From Octopus sinensis (lineage: Eukaryota), in the NCBI RefSeq assembly GCF_006345805.1, contig NW_021834266.1:1-58687 (forward strand): 58,687 bases of DNA, read 5' to 3'. How positions within the stretch are numbered: the stretch's first letter is position 1; each line of letters opens with the position of its first letter. Below the pieces are notes generated by a model that was given only the letters and a program-made list of their open reading frames with translations, did not search any database and was not told the DNA's origin. The position numbers and the translations under genes are program-made. Shown in pieces: positions 12,243 to 24,206 of this stretch.

Positions 12243-13284
12243 CAGTAAATCCCTCGACTATCGCAGGTGTTACGTTCCACCCCACCCCCGCGATATGCAA
12301 AAATCCGCGAAGTAGAAACACAAATGTACTGTATATATTTTTTAATCATTTTCATAATTTATGTCTATTTTTCTTATAAACGCGAAACAAAGCGGCGAGC
12401 TGGCAGAACCGTTAGCACGCCAGACGAAACGCGTAGCCGTATTTCGTCTACCGTTACGTTCTGAGTACAAATTCCGCCGAGGTCTACTTTGCCTTTCATC
12501 CTTTCGGGGTCGCACTGGGGTCGATGTAATCGACTTAATCCGTTCGTCTCTGTCCTTGTTTGTCCCCTCTGTGTTTAGCCCCTTGTGGGTAGTAAAGAAA
12601 TAGGTATTTCGCCTGCCGCTACTTTCTAAGTTCAAATTCCGCCTAGGTCGACTTTGCCTTTCATCCTTTCGGGGTCGATTAAATAAGTACCAGTTACGCA
12701 CTGGGGTCGATATAATCGACTTAATCCGTTTGTCTGTCCTTGTTTGTCCACTCTATGTTTAGCCCCTTGTGCGTAGTAAAGAAATACGTATTTCGTCTGT
12801 CTTTACGTTTTGAGTTCGAATTCCGCCTAGGTCGACTTTGCCTTTCGTCCTTTCGGGGTCGATTAAATAAGTACCAGTTACGCACTGGGGTCGATATAAT
12901 CGACTTAATCCGTTTGTCTGTCCTTGTTTGTCCTCTCTGTGTTTAGCCCCTTGTGCGTAGTAAAGAAATAAGTATTTCGTCTGTCTTTACGTTTTGAGTT
13001 CGAATTCCGCCGAGGTCGACTTTGCCTTTCATCCTTTCGGAGTCGATAAATTAAGTACCAGTTGCATAGTGGGGTTGATCCAATCGACTGGCCCCCTCCT
13101 CAAAAAATTTCAGGCCTTGTGCCAAGAGTTGAAAAGATTATAAATGCAAAACATCACTGCGGAGGAATCGACGTAAACTTAGATAATAAACCACGATAAG
13201 TGAACCGCGATAGACGACCGCGATAAGTGGACCACGATATGTGAGCCGCGATAAGCAAACCGCGATATGGCGAAGGGATTACTG
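12243..13284. mobile_element. pogo/Tigger-like MITE (TA target) interrupted by a SINE array
   Basis: TA|CAGTAAATCCCTCG at the left end, CGAAGGGATTACTG|TA at the right end; repeated subterminal CCGCGATA motifs. Confidence 0.7.
12381..13137 (+). mobile_element. Tandem multimer of SINE family B (4 units)
   Basis: GTATTTCG restarts at 12439, 12604, 12788, 12972 (184-bp period for the last two intervals); flanked by TTATAAA direct repeat at 12374-12380 and 13138-13144. Confidence 0.9.
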
Positions 13285-13379
13285 TATACATTGATATATA
13301 TAATTACACACATACACGTGCACACACATATACACACACTTACTATCACCGCGGCTACCACAAATAATTGCGTTCAGGA

Positions 13380-14500
13380 AATAAACACTATTAGAGCTAT
13401 CACCAACATCACGACTGCCACCAACACCACGACAACTACCACCTACACCACAACATTAATAATCACCACATCTACTATCTACACCACTACAACAACAACC
13501 TCCACAACTACCACCAACACCTCAACTGCCACCAACACCACCTGAACTACCACCTGCACCACAACATTAATAATCACAACTACCACAGCAACAACTGCCA
13601 TGTACACTACAATGTCAACAACTACCTCAACTGCCGCCAATACCACCACAACTACCACCTACACCACAACATCAATAATCACCATATCTATCACCAACAC
13701 CACTACAACCCCCACAATTACCACCAACACCACAACTGCCACCAACACCACCTCAACTACCACCAACACTACCACAGCAACAACTACTGCAACAACAACC
13801 ACCACAACTACCACCTACACCACAATGTTAACAACCACCTCAACTGCCACCAACACCACCTCAACTACCACCTACACCACAACGTTAATAATCACCATAT
13901 CTACCACCAACATCACTACAACAACCCCCACAACTACCAACACCTCAACTGCCACTAACACCACCTCAACTATCACCTGCACCACAATATCAATGTCCAC
14001 TACAACCACCAGCAACACCACCACAACAATCACCTCATCTACCACCTACACCACAACATTGATAACAACTACCACCACCACCAAAACGAAAAACCACTAT
14101 GGTACTGCTTTTATAGTTTCTACTACTGCATCCCAAACTACCACACCCAATACAACTACCACAGTAACAATAACCACCAACCCCACTAAAACCACCACCA
14201 CAGCAACAACAACTACAGCCAGAACTGCTGCATCCACCACCGCTAAATCTGTCACTACTACCACCTTTACAGCTACTACTACAACAAGCAAAACCACTGT
14301 CACACTACCTATACAACAACCACCATTATATACAACCACAAGCTCAACTAGATCTCCTACTACCGCCCCAACGCAAAACACTTGCTACCACAAAAACCAC
14401 CACCTATGCTATAACCCTCTTTTACAACCACACAAACTTACTTCAGCGACCAACTCTACTGCAACCTCACTACTTTTGCAACTACCACCTCGGTGATAAT
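13380..14500 (+). repeat. Degenerate ACN-rich minisatellite with a long Thr-rich open frame
   Basis: Recurring ACCAACACCACCTCAACTACCACCTACACCACAACATTAATAATCACC; ORFs 13267-13545 and 13600-14496 are in one frame separated by one TGA. Confidence 0.8.
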
Positions 14501-14619
14501 AATCGACCGCTACCACTACTATAACCGCAACCACAACCGTGTAACTGTTGCATCTACGCTCCACAACTACCGCCGAAACCACAAACACTACCGCTATCAA
14601 CAGTTGTGCTATCACCACA

Positions 14620-14647
14620 ACTTCTCTACTACTACTACTACTACTAT

Positions 14648-14691
<44 letters not shown>

Positions 14692-14820
14692 TTACTACTA
14701 CTACTACTGCTGCTACTATTACTACTACTACTACTGCTGCTACTATTATTATTACTACTACTACTACTACTACCACTACCACTACTGCTGCTGCTACTAC
14801 CACTACCACTACTGCTTCTG

Positions 14821-14867
<47 letters not shown>

Positions 14868-17177
14868 GCTGCTGCTTCTGCTACTACTACTACTACTACT
14901 ACTATCACCACCACCATCTTCGTCGTCATCATCATCATCTTCATAATTTTTACAACCGTCACGGCAGCAGCAGCAGCAGCAGCGCCGCCACCATCATCAT
15001 CAACATCATCATCAGCATCATTATCAACTCCATGTCCGTCATCACACCACCACCATCATCATCAACATCAGCATCATCATCATTATCAACTCCATGTCCG
15101 TCATCACACCACCACCACCACCATCACCGCCACTACCACCATCATCATCATCATCATCATCATCGTCGTCGTCGTCGTCGTTTTAATTGTTATAACGTCC
15201 AACGGCAACACCACCACCACCACCACCACCACCACCACCACCATCACCACCATCGTCACATAAAGCTAGGGCAACCAGCTCCCCCCTTAACCATCCAACA
15301 AGCTCTACATCGCCAACCAGCCCGCCAGCCAGCCAGCCAGCCAACCACCTTTAACTACCAGCCGCCCAACCAGCCAACAAGCTAACAGACCGACCACACA
15401 ACCACACACACAACCACACATAACCACACACACACATGCACGCATACACACACACACATACTCGCAAGCGTAGTACACAACCACACCCACCAACTTCACC
15501 TTAACCATCCCACTTTTACCACCATTAACCAACCATCCAGCAGCCGCCACCACCACCACCACCACCACCACCACCATCACCACCTCTATTATCACTACCA
15601 ACACCACCACCACCACCACCTCTATTATCACTACCAACACCACCACCACCACCACCACCACCACCATCACCTCTATTATCACTACCAACACCACCACCAG
15701 CAAATAATACCATTGCCATCACTGTACCTACGCCGCTATCGCCGTCACCGCTCCCACCGTAACTACGCCGCCAACACCGCTTTACTACACTGCCACCTCC
15801 ACCACCACCACCACCAACAACTTCCCCACCATCATTACAACAACGTCACCGCTACCACTACCACCGTCATCACCACCATAACGTAAATTTGCCGCCGCCG
15901 TCACCACCACACTACCTTTTCTTTTGCTTTACTACTTCGCTACTGTCACCGCCACCACCGTTTACTTTGCCCCGCCATCGCCGCTTGCATCTCAACGCCA
16001 CCGTCACCGCCGCCGCCACTACCTTCATTACTATTTCGTCGCTGCCACCGTCACCAACATCATCACTACTACGCCCGCTGCCACCACCACCACCACCCAC
16101 CATTACCATTACTACTCCCGCTACCACCCCCGCCGCCATTACCATTACTACGACGCCACCCCCACCTTTATTACTTTTCAACCACCGCCACCATCATTAC
16201 TGAGTCCGATATGAACTGAACACCGCCCCCTCCACCACCGCCTGCCATCGTTAGTACGCCGCCGCCGCCGACGTCATTACTTTACAACCACCGCCATCAC
16301 TATTACTACGCTGCTATCGCCGTCACCGCTCTCATCGTAACTACGCCGCCACCACCATCATTGCTACGCCCGTCATCATCACCTCCACCACCACCACCAT
16401 CAACAGTATATCACTACGCTGCTGCCGCACCATCACCACCATCACTATTATTACGCCGCTATCGCCGTCACCGCTCTCACCTTAACTACGCCGCTACCAC
16501 CATCATTGCTACGCCCGTCATCATCACCACCACCACTACCACCAACACCACCACTACCACCAACACCACCACTACCATTAACAATATATCACTACGCCGC
16601 CGCCGGCTCCCCCCTTCCTACTGCAGCAAATCCCTCCGCCGTCGCCTGCACCAGTCAGTTAGTCATTCAGTCAGTGAGGGAGCCAGCCACCCAACCAACC
16701 ACCCAACCACCCAAACCGACCGACCACCCAACCAGCCTACCAACAAACCAGCCTACCAACCAACCAGCCTACTAACCAGCCAGCCAGCCAACCAGCCAAG
16801 TTTTTTTTAACCAACAAGTCCATCATCAATAAAGTCCCGTTCGTTTATAATGTTGGAGTCTACCAGAAGTTGTGTCTGCGCGGTATGGCGCGACGTCTGC
16901 CTAAAACTTGATCGGTGAGTGAAAACAAACCACTTGGACTTTGGTTTCGCTGCTTTTTCTCTTCCTTAATATCATCATCATCGTCGTCACCACCACCACC
17001 ACCACACCACAACCACCACCACCACCACCACCACAACCACAACCACCACCATCATCATCATCATCACCATAATCATTATAATTATCAATCATCGTAATTA
17101 TTATCATCACCGCAATTATCATCATTATCGTTGTCAATATATAATCATTATTATCATTATTATCATTATTGTTATTA

Positions 17178-17232
<55 letters not shown>

Positions 17233-17290
17233 CATTATTATTATTATTATTGTTATTATTATTATTATTACGATTATTACGATTATTACA
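14620..17290. repeat. Compound trinucleotide/tetranucleotide repeats (CTA, CAT, CAC, CCAN, ATT)
   Basis: Direct reading; includes an approximately 145-bp tandem duplication at about 16296-16600. Confidence 0.9.
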
Positions 17291-17319
17291 GATATCGTTG
17301 TTTATCATTTTTTTTTTTC

Positions 17320-17941
17320 ATCCGGCTTGTTTATTTACCTTTTGCGTTCGAATTTAACCGAGGTCGACTTAGCTTTTCATCCTTTAGGGGTCGCCCCAAA
17401 AAGTACCAGTTGCGCACTAGGGGAATGCGACGTAATTGACTATAACCCCTACTCCGAAATTTCAGGCTTTCTGCCCTATTATAGCAGAAATGATAATCAT
17501 CATTATCATTATCATTATTTATTATATCTTTCGATTCCTCTACCGTCCGTATTCGAATTCCATCGAGGTCGACTTAGCCTTTCATCCTTTAGATATCGAT
17601 GAAATAAGTATCAGCTGCCGACCGAGGGCCGATGAGATCCGCTATCCCCCTTGCCCCCTGAAATTTCAGGCTTTGTGCCTCATAAGAAAGAGAAAGGATC
17701 GTAATTTTCATCGTAGTTATTAGAATAATTTCTTTCGGTTCGTATATGCTGTGTTGAAATTCTGCAGGGTTCGATTTTACCTTTCATTGTTTCGGTGGGT
17801 CAATGAAATATATATAGCAGTCGGGTACTGGGGTGGGGTGGGGTGGGGTGGGGGTGGTGGGGTGGGGGTGAGTAATCGACTAACCCCACCACCACCACCA
17901 CCACTAACAACAACAACAACAACAAATTTCAGGCCTAAATA

Positions 17942-17975
<34 letters not shown>

Positions 17976-18420
17976 GTTATGCTCACCTGATACAAGTGCA
18001 TTTTTGTTTTTTGCGGCTTTTTACGTTCAGAGATCGAATCCCGCTGAGGTCGGTTTTTACCTTTCGTCCTCTAGGGGATCGATAAAATAACTATTAATCG
18101 GGCAACAGGGGGTCGATGTAATTGACTATTAATTATATCCTCCCCCGCTCCAAATTTCAGGCCTCCTACTTCCACGGGAAAGGATCATTATCACACATAA
18201 TCACACATACACACACAATCACACACACATTCACAATCACAACACAAACATAGCGGCATTTCGTGCATCTTTACGTTCTGAGTTCGAATTCCGCCGGGGG
18301 TCGACTTTACCTTTCATCCTTTCTGGGTCCACAAAATAAGTACCAGTTACGTACTGGGGTAGATGTAATCGACTAGCACCCTCCCCCACAATTTCGGGCC
18401 TTGTGCCTATAACAGAAAGA
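17320..18420 (+). mobile_element. Cluster of about five co-oriented family B SINE bodies
   Basis: Repeated GAGGTCGACTT..TTTCATCCTTT..AATTTCAGGC modules at about 17345, 17555, 17765, 18030 and 18280, mostly followed by ATT/ATC-type tails. Confidence 0.8.
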
Positions 18421-18436
18421 ATAATCATCATCATCG

Positions 18437-18498
<62 letters not shown>

Positions 18499-18600
18499 CA
18501 TTTTCGTATAATTGTTGATAGAAGATATTGTGTTTGTTGTTGTAGTTAATGTTGTAGTTGTAATTGTTTTCGATTGCGTGTGTGTGTGTGTGTGTGTGTA

Positions 18601-18956
18601 GAGGCGCAATGGCTTAGTGGTTAGGGCAGCGGACTCGTGGTCGTAGGATCGCGGTTTCGATTCCCAGACCGGGCGTTGTGAGTATTTATTGAGGCTCCGG
18701 CAGGGGGTGGGGTGGCGAACCCTGCTGTACTCTTTCACCACTCTTCCTTCCTGTTTCTGTTTTACCTGTATTTCAAAGGGGCCAGCCTTGTAACACACTC
18801 TGTGTCACGCTGAATCTCCCCAAGAACTACGTTAAGGGTACACGTGTCTGTGAAGTACTCGGCCACATGCACGAACAGGCTAATTTCACGAACAGGCTGT
18901 TCCGTTGATCGGATCAACTGGAACCCTCGTGATCGTAACCCACGGAATGCCACGAT
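18601..18956 (+). mobile_element. tRNA-derived SINE family C
   Basis: GAGGCGCAATGGCTTAGTGGTTAGGGCAGCGGACTC..GGTTTCGATTCCC (A/B boxes); matching copies at 27407, 35121, 49806 and 51562. Confidence 0.88.
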
Positions 18957-19138
18957 ATACGTGTGTGTGTGTTGTGTACATGTACGCATATGTGTGTGGT
19001 GTTATATGTATGTGCATATATGTGTGTGTGTGTTTTATAATTAGTTCTCGTTATCTTTTCTTTAATTTTGTTTGTATTTTAGTCGAATCCCTTTCTCTTT
19101 CTCCCCCTCGTTCCTTCCCCCTCTCTTTGTATATATAA

Positions 19139-19305
19139 AGGAGTGGCTGCGTGGTAAGTAGCTTGCTTACCAACCACATGGTACTGGGTTCAGTCCCACT
19201 GCGTGGCACCTTGGGCAAGTGTCTTCTACTATAGCCTCAGGCCGACCAAAGCCTTGTGAATGGATTTGGTAGACAGAAACTGAAAGAAGCCCGTCGTATA
19301 TATGT

Positions 19306-19349
<44 letters not shown>

Positions 19350-19546
19350 GGGTGTGTGTGTGTGTGTGTCTGTGTTTGTCCCCCTGTGTTTATGTTCCCG
19401 TTACCTAGCGGTTCGGCAAAAGAGACCGATAGAATAGGTGCTGGGCTTACAAAAGAATAAGTCCCGGGGTCGAGTTGCTCGATTAAAGGCGGTGCTCCAG
19501 CATGGCCGCAGTCAAATGACTGAAACAAGTAAAAGGGTAAAGAGTA
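19139..19546 (+). mobile_element. SINE family A, full length
   Basis: Intact head, internal (TA)n(TG)n and 3' module. Confidence 0.92.
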
Positions 19547-19812
19547 TATATATATATATATATATATGGTATATGTGTATGTGTGTTTGTGTGTGGTGTG
19601 TTGCGTGTGTGTGTGTGTGTGTGTGTGAGTGCGAGCGTGTGTATCAGGGGAGAGGGTGTTTGTAGACACGCGTGTGTGCACACACGCACGCAAACAAGCA
19701 AACTTATACATATTTACAAGGTGAGAATATATATATGTATATATATCTATATATATTGTGTGTGTGTGTGTATGTATGTATAAAACTAGTATTTGTATTT
19801 CACACACACTTG

Positions 19813-19845
<33 letters not shown>

Positions 19846-19857
19846 TATATACTGTTA

Positions 19858-20094
19858 TTCTTTTACTTGTTTCAGTCATTTGACTGCGGCCATGCTGGAG
19901 CACCGCCATTTAGTCGAAAAAAAATGGACCCCAAGATTTACTCTTTGCAAGCCTAGTACTTATTCTAGCGGATCCTTTTCTCGAACCGCTAAGTTAGGGG
20001 GCACGTAAACACAAAAACATCGGTTGCCAAGCGATGGTGGGGGACAAACACACACAAAACACACGGATACAACATTCACATATGTATACATATG

Positions 20095-20126
<32 letters not shown>

Positions 20127-20183
20127 TATAATATATATATATGCGACGGGCTTCTTTCAGTTTCCGTCTACCCAATCCACTCA
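19858..20183 (-). mobile_element. SINE family A lacking its 5' head
   Basis: Reverse-complement 3' module and internal microsatellite. Confidence 0.88.
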
Positions 20184-20820
20184 CATATATACGTATATAT
20201 ACGTATATATATAGTATATCTATATATATAATATCGATATATATATATATATATATATATAAAAATTCAAGCTTGCATCCCTTGTATTCTGTGCTTCTCT
20301 TTCTCTGTGAGTGTTTGCATGTTCGTGTGTGTGTGTATGTGTGTATATGCATGCATGCATGCATGCATGCATGTATGTATGTATGTATATGTATGTAGTA
20401 TGTATGTATGCATGTATGTACGATTGAACGTGTGTAGGCATAATGTAGCGATGCAGAACGAAATACCCGATGAGCCATGTTACAGCGAAACTACCACTAG
20501 CAATACCCAGCTACTAATAATAATAGTATACACACGCACATATGTGTTCGTCTGAGTATATTTGTAAACGTACATACATACATACATACATGTATACACA
20601 CATGCATACATGCATACATGCATACATACATGCATACATACATACACATATACATATATACATATATACATACATGCATGTACAATCGTATATTCACATA
20701 CACGTCTAATTTTGTCATTCACTCACCGTTGTTCTTTCCTAGTTTTATTTTTATTCACCTCATCCATCCCCTTCACTATATATTTACATCTCTCCCTATC
20801 TCACACTGTGTCTGTCTGTA

Positions 20821-20889
<69 letters not shown>

Positions 20890-20933
20890 ATATCTATCTA
20901 TCTATTTCTCTGTCTATCAATCCATTTATCTAT

Positions 20934-20969
<36 letters not shown>

Positions 20970-21062
20970 ATATATATATATATCTATCTATCTATATATA
21001 TATATATATAATATATACACCACCATACATATATACATATATATATATTATATATATATTAT

Positions 21063-21105
<43 letters not shown>

Positions 21106-21112
21106 TTATTTT

Positions 21113-21165
21113 AACAAAACTGTCCGACGAACGGGAACGTGAAACTCCGAGTAACAGGTTTTGTT
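21113..21165 (+). ncRNA. Type-I hammerhead ribozyme motif (U4C core variant)
   Basis: AACAAAACTGT-CCGACGA-ACG-GGAA-CGT-GAAA-CTCCGAG-TA^ACAG-GTTTTGTT: 11-bp stem I with one bulge, GNRA-capped stem II, helix III, GUA triplet. Confidence 0.65.
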
Positions 21166-21261
21166 GAATTTCTGCTGCTTTTAAATAAAGCATATTACTC
21201 TACCCCTGGTATTTGAGTACACTTTTTTCCACCTTGTTTCACATTTATGTGTTTACTCCGG
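21113..21261 (+). mobile_element. Short hammerhead-bearing dispersed repeat (PLE pLTR/retrozyme-like)
   Basis: Second copy in reverse orientation at 34320-34465; both lie within (TA)n. Confidence 0.75.
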
Positions 21262-21489
21262 TATATATATGTATATATATATATACATAAATATATATAT
21301 GTATATATTTATATGCCTGTCTGTCTATCTATCTATCGAGCCATTCTTCATCTGTTTATCTATCTACTTATCTCTCTCTCTTTCTCTTTTTATATATGTA
21401 TATATATATATGTATGTATATATTTATATGCCTGTCTGTCTATCTATCGATCTATTCATCTATCTATCCATCTATCTATCTATCTATCC

Positions 21490-21560
<71 letters not shown>

Positions 21561-22289
21561 AATCTAACTATCTATCTATCTATCTATCAGTCAGTCTGAT
21601 CATCTGCTTCTCCATCTGTCAAATTTTATTCCCCTCTGTTCTCATACTCATACTACCACCCTTGTCTCTCTGTCTCTCCCTCTCTCCTGCCTCCTTTCCT
21701 CCCCCTCTCTCATCTTCCCTTGTATTTATTTTCTCTCTTTCTTTCTCTGTTTAATTAATTTTTACATAATCCTCTCTCTTCCTTTGAACTTGTTTTTCTT
21801 TCGCATATTCATTCTCATTTTCTCTCGTTCTCTCTCTCGTTCCTTCTCCTTAATATCTCTATATTTACGTATAACCTTCACTCAATCTCCCTTCTCTCAT
21901 TCTCTCTCTCATTCTCTCATTCTCTCTCATTCTCTCTCTCTCTTTCATTCCTTGTTCTTTTCTTCTCTCATTCTGTCTCTCTCTAATGTATGTTCCCTCT
22001 CTCTCTCTTTTCTCTTTCCTTCTCTCACTTTTAGTCACTCTTTCTCTCTCACTCTCTCTTTCTCTTTCTCTTTCCTCTTCTCTTTTTTTCTCTCACTCTC
22101 TTCTCTCTTTCTCCCACTCTCTCTCTTTTTGCCACCTTCTCTCTCTTGCACACACGCACGTACAGATTCTTTCCTCACTCTGGCTATCTGCATCTCTCTC
22201 TTCTTCTGCCTTCCTCTCTCTCTCTCTCTCTCTCTCCCTCTCTCATTTCCCCCTTCTGCCCATCTATCTATCTATCTATCTATCTAATC

Positions 22290-22326
<37 letters not shown>

Positions 22327-22329
22327 TTA

Positions 22330-22372
<43 letters not shown>

Positions 22373-22405
22373 GTCTATCTATCTGTCTGTCTATCTATCT
22401 GTCTG

Positions 22406-22458
<53 letters not shown>

Positions 22459-22461
22459 ATA

Positions 22462-22601
<140 letters not shown>

Positions 22602-22711
22602 TCGAATTCTTAAGTTCATTACCTTATATCATCTTTACCTCTCATATTTCATTCTTTATTAATCCTTGTTATCCCCATCTCTCTCTCTCTTTCTCCCTCT
22701 CTCCCTCTCTA

Positions 22712-22761
<50 letters not shown>

Positions 22762-22878
22762 ACACAGAGTTCTCCTAGTTTTCATTTCATGCCCTTTTCT
22801 GCCTTACATCTTCTTTCATACTTAGATTTCCTCTCCTCTCATTAATCCTTGCTATCCTCTCTTTCTATCTCTCCTCCC

Positions 22879-22914
<36 letters not shown>

Positions 22915-23012
22915 TATTATATAATATATTATATATATATATATATTATATATATATCAGAAATATTAAATTTCTAAATATCTCATAGAGATATGTACGG
23001 TGGTGGAGCGAT

Positions 23013-23132
23013 AGAGTGGTTGTATACTGTCAACTTAACGTGATAGTCCTGTAAGCGTCGATGCTTCCTAGGGCTAAATAGCGGTGATGTAATTCCCTTA
23101 GAGGACTGTCACGTTAAGTTGACAGTATACAA

Positions 23133-23139
<7 letters not shown>
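23013..23139. repeat. Inverted repeat, 38-bp arms (1 mismatch), 51-nt spacer
   Basis: 23013-23050 is the reverse complement of 23102-23139. Confidence 0.95.
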
Positions 23140-23185
<46 letters not shown>

Positions 23186-23195
23186 ATAATATATA

Positions 23196-23244
<49 letters not shown>

Positions 23245-23248
<4 letters not shown>

Positions 23249-23623
23249 GTAAGTAGCTTGTTTACCAACCACATGGTCCCGGGTTCTGTCCCACTGCGTG
23301 GCACCTTGGGCAAGTGTCTTCTACTATAGCCTCGGGCCGACCAAAGCCTTGTGAGTGGATTTGGTAGACGGAAACTGAAAGAAGCCCGTCGTATATATGT
23401 ATATATATATATATATATGCGTGTGTGTGTTTGTGTGTCTGAGTTTGTCCCCCTAGCATTGCTTGACAACCGATGCTGGTGTCTCCGTTACTTAGCGGTT
23501 CGGCAAAAGAGACCGATAGGATAAGTACTGGGCTTACAAAAGAATAAGTCCCGGGGTCGAGTTGCTCGATTAGAGGCGGTGCTCCAGCATGGCCACAGTC
23601 AGATGACTGAAACAAGTAAAAGA
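23245..23623 (+). mobile_element. SINE family A
   Basis: Head, internal microsatellite and 3' module present. Confidence 0.92.
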
Positions 23624-24175
23624 GAAAAAAGAGTAATATTTATCTATCTCTTCCCCCTTTTCCCTCTCTTCCTCTCTTCCTCTCTCTCTCTGTTTCCCTC
23701 TCTTTCCTAACAATTCTCCCGCGTTCTTTTCTTTCCCTTCTCTGCTTATCCACTTCTTCACATTTCTCTCTCCGCCATGTCCTCATCTCTTCCCGTACAT
23801 AACGGATGATCTACCTGTCACTTCAAACACCAATCTCTCTCTCACTCCTTCTATACCCATTACCCGCTCTCTTTCTCTTTCACATTGTCCCTCTTTCTAC
23901 TCTCTTCACTTTTTCTTATCTTTACAAATAAACGTCAGTCATTTTGTGATTTCTCTCCCCCAAGTCTTCACCCCTTCCGCACCGGTATTTTCTCTTTGTT
24001 ATTAATCCTCCTCCTCCTCCTCCTCCTCCTTCTTCTTCTTCTTCTTCTTCTTCTTCTTCTTCTTCTTCTTCTTCTTCTTCTTCTTCTTCTTCTTCTTCTT
24101 CTTCTCTTCTTCTTCTTCTTCTTCTTCTCTCTCTCTCTCTCTCTCTTATTTTGTTTTATCCTTACGCTATCTGTC

Positions 24176-24206
<31 letters not shown>

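Noticed and set aside
12381-13137. Regularly spaced repeats resembling a CRISPR array
   Set aside because: Units are ~184-bp whole-sequence repeats with no unique spacers and no cas genes, in a eukaryotic SINE context
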